64,000 nt of DNA. It comes from Tagaea sp. (GTDB taxonomy: Bacteria > Pseudomonadota > Alphaproteobacteria > CACIAM-22H2). A program made the position numbers and the translations under genes. The stretch covers positions 960,001-1,024,000 of the forward strand of contig CBDIIB010000005.1 of assembly GCA_965279525.1 (NCBI GenBank), in the 5' to 3' direction. Under the pieces are notes generated by a model. That model ran no database searches. It was not told the DNA's origin and saw nothing but the letters and a program-made list of their open reading frames with translations. Positions 41,401-49,647 of the stretch are shown in pieces; position 1 is the first letter of the stretch, and each line of letters starts with the position of its first letter.

Positions 41401-43215
41401 CTATTCCTTGGCGCGGACGAGGCTTTCGTTGAATTCGTCGACGAGGCTGGCGATGGCCTTCGTGTCCCACTGCTCCATGACCACGCGCGCACGTGCGGTC
41501 GCACTCTGGACGTCGAGGTTGCGCACCCGGTTCTTGACGCGCGGAATCTTGATCGGCGACATCGAGAATTCGCGGATGCCGAGGCCGGCCAGCAGGGCCG
41601 TATAGCGCGGATCGCCGGCGATCTCTCCGCAGATCGACACCGGGATGCGGTTGCGCAGGGCCGCCTCCGCCGTGAACTGGATCAGGCGGAGCACGGCCGG
41701 ATGGAGCGGGTTGTAGAGATGCGCCACCTGCTCGTCGCCACGGTCGATGGCGAGGGCGTACATCGTCAGGTCGTTGGTACCCAGTGCCAGGAAATCGCAC
41801 ACCCGCGCCAGCGCGTCGGCGGCAAGGGCGGCAGCGGGAATCTCGATCATGGCGCCCAGCGGAGGCAGCGGATCGGCGATGGCGATCCCCTTGCGTACGA
41901 GCCGGCGCGCGGCCTTGCCGACGGCATCGCGCACCTGCTTCATCTCGTCGACCGTGGCGACCATGGGCACGAGGATGCGCAGCGGCCCATGCGCGCCCGC
42001 ACGAAGGATCGCGGCAAGTTGCGCATCGAGCAGCTCGGGGCGCGCAAGCGACAGGCGGATCGCGCGCAGGCCGAGGGCGGGGTTGGGTCCGGGCGAAAGG
42101 TCGCCAAGTGCGGAAGCCAGCTTCTCGCCGCCCACATCCAGCGTGCGCACGGTCACGACACGTCCGGCCATGCCCTTCACGATCTCGGCGAGCTGCTGGT
42201 ACTGCTCCTCCTCGTCGGGCACGTCGTTGCGGTTCATAAACAGGAATTCGCTGCGCAGCAGGCCGATCGACGCGGCACCCGCCGCCAGCGCCTGCTCGAC
42301 TTCGCGCGGCAACTCGAGATTGGCCCCGAGCGCGAACTCAATCCCGTCCTTGCTGACGGACGGCAGCTTGGAAAGTCGTGCAAGCTGGCGCTCTTCCTTG
42401 GCGTATTCGAGGCGGCGCTTCTCGTAGCGTTCGAGCGTGGCCGCCGTCGGCCGCGCAATGACCTTGCCTTCGTTGCCGTCGATGATGATCGTGTCGCCGG
42501 TCCGCACCGCACCCACGAGGTCGGCCACGCCGAGCACGGCCGGCAGGCCCAGAGCGCGCGCCATGATCGCGGTGTGGCCTTCCGCACCGCCGATGACAGT
42601 CGCGAAGCCGCCGACGATGGCGGGGTCCATCACGGCCGTATCGGCGGGCGTGATCTCCTCGGCGACGACGATGGCACCTTCCGGCAGGTTCTTGAAGGCG
42701 CCCCACGGCGTCTGCGTGAGGTTGCGCACGAGACGCGCACCCACTTCGCGCACGTCCTGCACGCGCTGGGCGAGGTAGGAATCCTCCATCGCCTCGAAGG
42801 CTTCCGCGATCGCCTCGGCCTCGGCGCGCACGGCGGTTTCGGCCGTGGCGAGATTCTCCACGATGCGCTTTTCCACGCCGCGCACGAGGCGCGACTGGGA
42901 GAGCATCTGCACGTGCGCGTCGAGCAGATAGCCGAGTTCCTCGGCCGCGGCCGGCGGCAGGCCGGCGGTCTTCTGCTTGAGCTTGGAAAGCTGCTTCTTG
43001 CTGGCTTCGACCGCCGCACGGAAGCGGTTGCGTTCGCCCTCGGCCTGGTCGGGTGCGATGGCGCACTCCGCGAAGGCGGGCAGTTCGATGCCGTGGACAT
43101 GGGCAGGGCCGATCGCCACGCCGGGCGCCACGCCCAGACCCTGGAACACGGTCTGGCCGTCGCCGCCGGGACGCCGGCTGCGGGGCTTCGCCGCCTTGGG
43201 ATTGCGCAGCGTCAT
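41401..43215 (-). CDS. ptsI: phosphoenolpyruvate-protein phosphotransferase (PTS enzyme I, no GAF domain)
   Basis: GGAEGHTAIMARA phospho-His, IGLLRSEFLF, NPALGLRAIR, GTNDLTMY, ICGEIAGD. Confidence 0.92.
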   Translation of the reverse strand: MTLRNPKAAKPRSRRPGGDGQTVFQGLGVAPGVAIGPAHVHGIELPAFAECAIAPDQAEGERNRFRAAVEASKKQLSKLKQKTAGLPPAAAEELGYLLDAHVQMLSQSRLVRGVEKRIVENLATAETAVRAEAEAIAEAFEAMEDSYLAQRVQDVREVGARLVRNLTQTPWGAFKNLPEGAIVVAEEITPADTAVMDPAIVGGFATVIGGAEGHTAIMARALGLPAVLGVADLVGAVRTGDTIIIDGNEGKVIARPTAATLERYEKRRLEYAKEERQLARLSKLPSVSKDGIEFALGANLELPREVEQALAAGAASIGLLRSEFLFMNRNDVPDEEEQYQQLAEIVKGMAGRVVTVRTLDVGGEKLASALGDLSPGPNPALGLRAIRLSLARPELLDAQLAAILRAGAHGPLRILVPMVATVDEMKQVRDAVGKAARRLVRKGIAIADPLPPLGAMIEIPAAALAADALARVCDFLALGTNDLTMYALAIDRGDEQVAHLYNPLHPAVLRLIQFTAEAALRNRIPVSICGEIAGDPRYTALLAGLGIREFSMSPIKIPRVKNRVRNLDVQSATARARVVMEQWDTKAIASLVDEFNESLVRAKE

Positions 43216-43508
43216 TCCTCGTCGAACCTCGCCGCGATCAGCGCCGCGATCGCGTCGACGGCTTCGCGCGCGTCCGGACCTTCGGCACGCACCTCGACCG
43301 TGCAGCCGGGTGCCGCCGCCAGCATCATCAGCCCCATGATCGAAAGCCCCGAGACGGTCGTGCCGCCCTTGGTGACATGCGTGGATGAGGCGAACTGGCC
43401 GGCGAGCTTGACGAACTTGGCCGCGGCGCGCGCGTGCAGGCCGCGCTTGTTCAGGATCTCGCAGTCCCGCGTGACGACGAGGCCGCCGGGTGCGGCCGCA
43501 TCGTTCAT
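43212..43508 (-). CDS. ptsH: HPr/NPr phosphocarrier
   Basis: NKRGLHARAAAKFV (His15), SGLSIMGLMML (Ser46). Confidence 0.93.
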   Translation of the reverse strand: MNDAAAPGGLVVTRDCEILNKRGLHARAAAKFVKLAGQFASSTHVTKGGTTVSGLSIMGLMMLAAAPGCTVEVRAEGPDAREAVDAIAALIAARFDEE

Positions 43509-43930
43509 CGCGCCCCCGCGGCGGGCTTGATATCGCCGGCCAGGAGCTGCGAGGCGACGTTGATGTATTTGCGGCCGGCTTCGCGCGCCGCCTGGACGGC
43601 GGCGGCGAGCGGCTCGGTGTTGCGCACGCTGGCAAGCTTGATCAGCATCGGCAGGTTGACGCCGGCGATCACCTCGATGCGCGCGCGATCCATGATCGAG
43701 ATGGCGAGGTTGGACGGTGTACCGCCGAACATGTCGGTCAGCACGACCACGCCGGCACCGGTATCGCAGCGCGCGACGGCGGCCAATATCTCGTTGCGGC
43801 GCATCTCCATGTCGTCTTCGGGGCCGATGCAGACGGAAGCGACGTTGCGCTGCGGCCCCACCACGTGCTCGAGCGCCGAGACGAATTCGGCGGCCAGGCG
43901 GCCGTGGGTCACGAGAACGAGTCCGATCAT
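43505..43930 (-). CDS. PTS mannose-family EIIA component
   Basis: MIGLVLVTHG, LTDMFGGTPSN, GVNLPML. Confidence 0.93.
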   Translation of the reverse strand: MIGLVLVTHGRLAAEFVSALEHVVGPQRNVASVCIGPEDDMEMRRNEILAAVARCDTGAGVVVLTDMFGGTPSNLAISIMDRARIEVIAGVNLPMLIKLASVRNTEPLAAAVQAAREAGRKYINVASQLLAGDIKPAAGAR

Positions 43931-43977
43931 TTGAGACGTGCCTTCTTTCGCGTGTTGCGCGGAGCCGGAAACTAGCT

Positions 43978-44892
43978 TCATGCGAAGCTCCGGTCGAGAT
44001 CGCGGTGGACGAGGTTGACGCGTCGCCCGCCCTGGGTGAGGCGCTCGGCGAGGCGTTCGGCGACGAAGACCGAGCGATGCCGCCCGCCGGTGCAGCCGAC
44101 GGCGACGGTGAGATAGGATTTCCCTTCGGCCTCGAAGCGCGGCAGCAGCGCCACGATCATGTCGCTGAGGCCGTCGAAGAATGCGTGGAAGCCCGGGTCG
44201 CGTTCGACGAAGCGCGCCACTTCGGCATCCTTGCCGGTCAGCGGCTTGAGGTCGGGCCGGTAGTGCGGATTCGACAGGAAGCGGACGTCGAACACGAGAT
44301 CCGCTTCGCGCGGCAGCCCGTTGCGGTAGGCGAAACTTATGATCGACAGCGCCAGGCCCGCCGGCGCGTCGAGCGCGAAATCGTCCTGCACGAGGCGCTT
44401 GAGCTGGTTGGCCGAAAGCGCTGCCGTGTCGATGACCCGGTCGGCGCGCGCGCGCAACGGCTCGAGCAGGCGCCGTTCGGCCTTGATGCCGTCGACCAGC
44501 GGCCGATCAGTCGCCAGCGGATGGCGCCGGCGCGTTTCGGTGTATCGGCGCGCGAGCGTCTCGTCGTCGCAGTCGAGATAGAGCAGGCGTACGTCGAGGC
44601 CCTGTTCGCCCAGGAGCCGGTCGATCGCGGCCACCAGCGCGTCGACGCCGAAATCGCGCGTGCGCGTATCGACACCGATGGCGACCGGGCGGGCGTGGGT
44701 CGAATCTGTCTCGGAAAGGACGAGGCTCGCGAGCAGCGTAAGGGGCAGGTTGTCGACCGCTTCGTAGCCGGCATCCTCGAGAGCCCGCATGGCGGTCGAG
44801 CGGCCGGCACCGGAAAGGCCGGTCACGAGCGCGATGCGCCGGCGCGGCGTCAGGGCGGTCTGCGGTGTCGCGACGGGCAAGGGAACGATCAT
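43978..44892 (-). CDS. rapZ: RNase adapter RapZ (YvcJ family)
   Basis: TGLSGAGRS, VDNLP, TRRRHPL, FDVRFLSNP, GCTGGRHRSV. Confidence 0.93.
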   Translation of the reverse strand: MIVPLPVATPQTALTPRRRIALVTGLSGAGRSTAMRALEDAGYEAVDNLPLTLLASLVLSETDSTHARPVAIGVDTRTRDFGVDALVAAIDRLLGEQGLDVRLLYLDCDDETLARRYTETRRRHPLATDRPLVDGIKAERRLLEPLRARADRVIDTAALSANQLKRLVQDDFALDAPAGLALSIISFAYRNGLPREADLVFDVRFLSNPHYRPDLKPLTGKDAEVARFVERDPGFHAFFDGLSDMIVALLPRFEAEGKSYLTVAVGCTGGRHRSVFVAERLAERLTQGGRRVNLVHRDLDRSFA

Positions 44893-44915
44893 GATGCGGC
44901 CAAGCCCCGAGCCTG

Positions 44916-45380
44916 TCAGTGCGCGAACAGCTTGCCCTGTCGGGCAAGGCCGGCCGCGATGCGCAGTTTGGCGGCCGCCGACGCGGCCCAGGGGTCGAGG
45001 GCAAGTCGCGGCAGCTTGACGCCGAGCAGGTCGCGGGTCGACGCCTCGGGCAGCCGGTCGATGGCCGTACGATCCGTCAGGTCGACGACCAGCCCCAGCT
45101 TCGCGCTGTCCGCGCAGGCCCCTTCAACGCCGTCGAGATGCACGATTCCGATGCCTCTTACTTCCAACAGACCGGCAATATTGCCGGGAGCGGTTGCCCA
45201 GATCGCGTTGCCGCGCCGTTCGAGATCGACCCTGTCATCGGCCACCAGCCGAGCCCCGCCATCGACGAGCCGCAGCGCGAGGTCCGATTTTCCGCTGCCC
45301 GACGGTCCGCACAATAAAACGCCAATCTCGGCAAGAACGACACAGGTGCCATGAACCTGAAGAGTGAGCGGGTCCGTCAC
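44916..45380 (-). CDS. hprK: short HPr kinase/phosphorylase
   Basis: VHGTCV, GPSGSGKSDLALRL, LVADD, GLLEVRGIGI. Confidence 0.9.
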   Translation of the reverse strand: MTDPLTLQVHGTCVVLAEIGVLLCGPSGSGKSDLALRLVDGGARLVADDRVDLERRGNAIWATAPGNIAGLLEVRGIGIVHLDGVEGACADSAKLGLVVDLTDRTAIDRLPEASTRDLLGVKLPRLALDPWAASAAAKLRIAAGLARQGKLFAH

Positions 45381-45490
45381 GCGGCAATAAACTGCGGCTG
45401 TTCCGAATCGATGTCAATCTTGACTCTTTGCACTGCACAAATTCCAAGCAAGGTATTTTTAGGTATTTAAATACCGCGAATTTTACGGCT

Positions 45491-47149
45491 TTACGCAGCC
45501 GGAAGCCGGATCCGGAATCGGGCGCCACGGATTTCCCCATTGGAATCATGGCGATTTTCGGCCTCGATCACGCCGCCGTGGGCTTCGACGATCTGACGGG
45601 AGATCGACAGGCCCAGACCGGAGTGGGTTCCGAATTTTTCGGCCGCCGGGCGCTCGGAATAGAACCTTTCGAAGATCGATTCGAGCTTGTCGGCCGGTAT
45701 GCCGGGGCCGTCGTCGTCGATTGTCACGGTGACAAACTCGCCCGCCCGGCCCACGGCGATCCGGACCTCGGCCCCGGGCGGGCTGAAAGACTGCGCATTC
45801 GCGATCACATTGCGGAAGACCTGGCCGAGCCGGTCGGCGATGCCCATCACGGCGAACGGGCCGGCGCCGGCCCGGGTCAGGACGGGCTTCGCCTGGTCGG
45901 GCTTGGCGACGGCAGAAAGCGCGTCGACCAGCCCGCCGAGCACTTCGGAAAGATCGACGGGCTCGGCATTGGTGCGGCTGAGTTCGGCATCCAGACGCGA
46001 GGCTCCAGCGATGTCGGTGATCAGCCGGTCGAGCCTTGCGACGTCGTCGAGCACGATGGCCATCAGCTTCTCGCGGACGGCAAGGTCGGGAACCCGTGCG
46101 GCCGTCTCGACGGCACTCTTGAGCGACGTCAGCGGGTTCTTGAGCTCGTGCGCGACGTCGGCCGCGAACCGGTCGATGGCGTCAAGGCGGCGCGACAGCG
46201 CGTCGGTCATCTCCCGCAGGGCCGCGGACAGGTCGCCGATTTCATCGCCGCGCGCCGACAGGTCGGGAATGGCGCCGGCGAGTGCCGCCCCCGCCCCCAG
46301 CGTGCCGCCGATCCGCGCGCGTGTCCCGCCGGTGCGCACCCGGTCGGCGGCCCGCGCGAGCCGGCGGATCGGTCGCGCGATCGTGCCGGCAAGATAGAGC
46401 GACAACAGGACGGTCAGCAGAAGCGTGACGCCCGCAACCCGCAGGATGTCGCGCCGCACGGTGCGCAGCGCGACCTCGATGTTGCGCCCGTCGCTCGACA
46501 GCATCAGGGCGCCCAGCACCTGCTTGAAGCGCTGGACCGGAACGGCGACCGACAGCAGGACCTGGCCGCTTGCGGTCCGCCGCACCGCCCGTCCACCGTC
46601 GCCGACGAGGGCCGCGATCGCTTCCTCGTAGTCGAGGGCGACCGGATCGCGCCGCTCGCGATAGAGCGGCAGGTTGAGATTGCCGGCAAGCCCGCCGCCG
46701 AAAAAGTCCGACAGCGCGTCGACCGTGCGGCCGGGCAGCGGCGCCGCGGGCTCGGGCGGCGGCAGGATCTCGACTTCGACCGCGAGGCTGCCCTGCCCCA
46801 ACACACGGGTGTCGGCCAGCAGCATCCCGGTGAAGTCGAACAGGCGGGCGCGCACGCGCGTCGGCTCGACGAGACGGCGCAGGATCTGGCGCGCGACGTC
46901 GGGAGCAAGTCGGTCGTCGCGCTCCTCGTCGTCCGGATCGGCGACCGAGACGGCCGCCTCGCCCAGTGCCGCCGCGATGATCTGGCTTTGGGTGGACAGG
47001 GCCTGCAGCTCGGACTCGATCAGGCCGCGGCGGAAATCGTCGAGATAGAGCACGCCCGCCGCCAGCAGAAGCAGCGGCAGCATGTTCAAGAACAGGATGC
47101 GCCGGGTGAGCGGCGAGAAACTTCGGCGGAAACCGAACCGGACGGCCAT
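45491..47149 (-). CDS. chvG: sensor histidine kinase ChvG/ExoS
   Basis: SPLTRRILFLN, SVAVPVQRFKQVLGAL, HAMP, AHELKNPLTSL, FERFYSERP...FGTHSGLGLSIS. Confidence 0.92.
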   Translation of the reverse strand: MAVRFGFRRSFSPLTRRILFLNMLPLLLLAAGVLYLDDFRRGLIESELQALSTQSQIIAAALGEAAVSVADPDDEERDDRLAPDVARQILRRLVEPTRVRARLFDFTGMLLADTRVLGQGSLAVEVEILPPPEPAAPLPGRTVDALSDFFGGGLAGNLNLPLYRERRDPVALDYEEAIAALVGDGGRAVRRTASGQVLLSVAVPVQRFKQVLGALMLSSDGRNIEVALRTVRRDILRVAGVTLLLTVLLSLYLAGTIARPIRRLARAADRVRTGGTRARIGGTLGAGAALAGAIPDLSARGDEIGDLSAALREMTDALSRRLDAIDRFAADVAHELKNPLTSLKSAVETAARVPDLAVREKLMAIVLDDVARLDRLITDIAGASRLDAELSRTNAEPVDLSEVLGGLVDALSAVAKPDQAKPVLTRAGAGPFAVMGIADRLGQVFRNVIANAQSFSPPGAEVRIAVGRAGEFVTVTIDDDGPGIPADKLESIFERFYSERPAAEKFGTHSGLGLSISRQIVEAHGGVIEAENRHDSNGEIRGARFRIRLPAA

Positions 47150-47235
47150 GGCTGGCATTTTAGCGAAGGCCGTGGCGAGATTGCGGCGCGAATTCCAGGC
47201 TCCGGGAATACTCACCCGGCATAAGATTGTATACC

Positions 47236-47267
47236 TTGACGCTTTTCTGATTGTTCTTTAGACGTTC
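47236..47267 (+). promoter_or_regulatory. sigma70 promoter overlapped by an alphaproteobacterial LexA (SOS) box
   Basis: TTGACG (47236-41)-N17-TAGACG (47259-64); GTTC-tttagac-GTTC at 47253-47267. Confidence 0.72.
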
Positions 47268-47294
47268 TCTCCACCTTCGGATGTGGAGAGAACC

Positions 47295-48848
47295 ATGCTT
47301 CAGTCGCCTGAGAATCTTCTGACCCCTTACGCACCCCGCCGCCGCCCGTCGACCCCGGGCGCCGGCGCCGGTGGCTGGTTCGACCTCGACGACTGGGTCG
47401 GCCCCGGCCATCCGAGCACGCGCCCGGACATCGCCAAGCTCGAAGCGATCCTCGCCAACAGCGGGGATTTTCCGATGGAGCGCTTCCAGGGCCCGACCGG
47501 CTACTGGGGCGGCGCGCTCGATCAGGGGATCCGCAGCTACCAGAAGCGCAACGGCCTGAAGGTCGACGGCGCATTGCGCCCCGGCGGCCCGACGATCAGC
47601 CACATGCGCGATTCGTTCGCCAACCTGTTCGACGGCCACGAGCCGCCGACGGTCGAGGACATCGACGCGCATCAAAACGGCGTCGGCGACGACGATCCCG
47701 GGACCATCGCGTGGCGCAAGCCCGCCGTCGACCTGTCGCAGATCCCCGGGCTGCCGGAGATCGACCAGGAAGCCGACGCGTCGAACGTCCGCCTCGTGCG
47801 CGCGATGCTGCGCACCGGCGACATCGAGGGCTACGCGCCGCTGATGCGCGACGCCATCGACCAGGGCGGCAAGAACGCGCTCGCCGAAGTCCGCGACCTC
47901 ACGCTGAAGCTCGATGACGCCTCGCCGGGCCTCGGCGGCCGGTTCGCCGGCTACATCTACGACGGAATGACGAAGGCCCAGCGCGACAGGCTTCAGATCA
48001 AGATGCAGGGCGGCCAGCCGCTCGGCACGGTCCAGGTGGCTCAGGTCGGCGAGATTGTTGACGCCGGAATACTGGGATTGCTCGGAATCGGCACGTTGGC
48101 CAGCGTCATGAATGCGGCAGAAGGCACGCGCAAAGCATTGAGTCCGGGCGAAGTCCCGGGCTCACCGCCGCCACTCGTCCCGCCCGACGATCCGACGCGT
48201 ACGCGGCCGGGGTACGAGGAGATCCCGACGGCCATCGCCGGGCCGACGCATACCGGCCATCCAGCGGAAACGCCGAAGGCTTCGGATGGTATCGAGACGT
48301 TCCCGGCGAAGCCGGGAGAGCGCCGCAAGCAGATCGTCGACGGAATCGTCGCTGAACTGTTCCCGAATATCCTCGAGGCCCGCTACGACGACAAGCGGGG
48401 AACCAAGTGGACGGTGAAAGGAACCAATATCGCCATCCAAGAGATCAGAGATGCGATCGATGATTCCGACATTCCGGAAGATATCGTTCATACCGGCGGC
48501 GGATCCATCGAAGGTGAAGAAGAAGTACACCAGAAGGAAGAGACGATCTGGCACGATGACGGTACGTTCAATCGGCCGGATACGTCCCACCGCGCCGAGG
48601 GCATCAAAGACGACAAGGCATCCATCCAATTCAACACGACAAGTCGAAAAGCTGACGGATCGCTGACGAAGCGCGAGCGGGCAGCTCTCGCGCGTCTGAA
48701 GGGAAAGCTTGGCGACGACGTCATGGGTGACTTGCCGAAGATGCTTGAAGGGCAAAGCGAAGAAGAGTATCGCGCGCTCGTACGGCCAATGATCCGCGAT
48801 GCGGTAAGCAAATTGCGTGACCGGTTGCGCAAAATCCGGGAAGAATGA
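47295..48848 (+). CDS. peptidoglycan-binding-domain protein with putative C-terminal nuclease toxin domain
   Basis: GGAGAG RBS then ATG; PG-binding signature GYWGGALDQGIRSYQKRNGLKVDGALRPGGPT; C-terminal GGG...E...RPD...QFNT...G.LT.RE.AA. Confidence 0.7.
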   Translation: MLQSPENLLTPYAPRRRPSTPGAGAGGWFDLDDWVGPGHPSTRPDIAKLEAILANSGDFPMERFQGPTGYWGGALDQGIRSYQKRNGLKVDGALRPGGPTISHMRDSFANLFDGHEPPTVEDIDAHQNGVGDDDPGTIAWRKPAVDLSQIPGLPEIDQEADASNVRLVRAMLRTGDIEGYAPLMRDAIDQGGKNALAEVRDLTLKLDDASPGLGGRFAGYIYDGMTKAQRDRLQIKMQGGQPLGTVQVAQVGEIVDAGILGLLGIGTLASVMNAAEGTRKALSPGEVPGSPPPLVPPDDPTRTRPGYEEIPTAIAGPTHTGHPAETPKASDGIETFPAKPGERRKQIVDGIVAELFPNILEARYDDKRGTKWTVKGTNIAIQEIRDAIDDSDIPEDIVHTGGGSIEGEEEVHQKEETIWHDDGTFNRPDTSHRAEGIKDDKASIQFNTTSRKADGSLTKRERAALARLKGKLGDDVMGDLPKMLEGQSEEEYRALVRPMIRDAVSKLRDRLRKIREE

Positions 48849-48852
48849 AGCG

Positions 48853-49626
48853 ATGGATTTCGATGAAATGCGCCGTGAAGGCCCGACTCCAGCGGTCATT
48901 CCGAATGCCGGCCGGCGACAGGAAGTCTACTGGATGATCGACGACGCGCAGCGATATGCCGTCCTGCTGCGCAAGGCATTCCCGAAAATCATGTTCTATG
49001 AAACCTTCGAGAAAACAGATGATCTAGAAGAGAAGCCTACAATCCGGATTCTCGATCGTCTTGACGATCCAACGATCCGCAATCACGTAGGTGCGTTTGT
49101 CCCATATGATGGCTGGATACCCAATCTGGTTCGTATCAAAGGTCCAACGCAGAAATTGCGATGGACCTGGTCACGCTATCTGTCGCCGCGCCTACGGTTT
49201 CCTGTCTGGTACGGCCCGAATGCACGACCGGCGGAATGGCGCACGGAACCCGATGCGCCACGCGTCGAGACATGGACAGGCACCAGCATCCTGACTTCCT
49301 ACCGTCGCGAACTGCCGGACGAAGGCCGCATTTCGGACAGGTTTGTCGCGCTGGCACGAAAGCTCTGCATCCGGACCGTGCCGGTCCTATGGAAGTCGAG
49401 CCGCGAATTTCTCGAGGGTGACGGCAAGGTGGCGCGCGGCGGACTCTTGGTCGGTGACGGCTGGACGACACCGGCCGCCGCAGCGTGGTGTCTTGCCGCG
49501 CCCGGTCGGGTGCTTGGGTTCAGTGCTTCTGCCTCCGGAGGCGCGCACGGTTGCCTGCCTGTCGAACTCGTCCCCGACTCATGGTGGGGCGACATTCCGA
49601 AGCCCAAATGGGCCCAGCGCCCTTAG
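48853..49626 (+). CDS. hypothetical protein, candidate immunity protein
   Basis: ATG 4 nt after the upstream stop; low GC; Trp-rich, no signal peptide or TM; no family recognised. Confidence 0.6.
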   Translation: MDFDEMRREGPTPAVIPNAGRRQEVYWMIDDAQRYAVLLRKAFPKIMFYETFEKTDDLEEKPTIRILDRLDDPTIRNHVGAFVPYDGWIPNLVRIKGPTQKLRWTWSRYLSPRLRFPVWYGPNARPAEWRTEPDAPRVETWTGTSILTSYRRELPDEGRISDRFVALARKLCIRTVPVLWKSSREFLEGDGKVARGGLLVGDGWTTPAAAAWCLAAPGRVLGFSASASGGAHGCLPVELVPDSWWGDIPKPKWAQRP

Positions 49627-49647
49627 GCGCCGATGCGGCCCCCGCCC

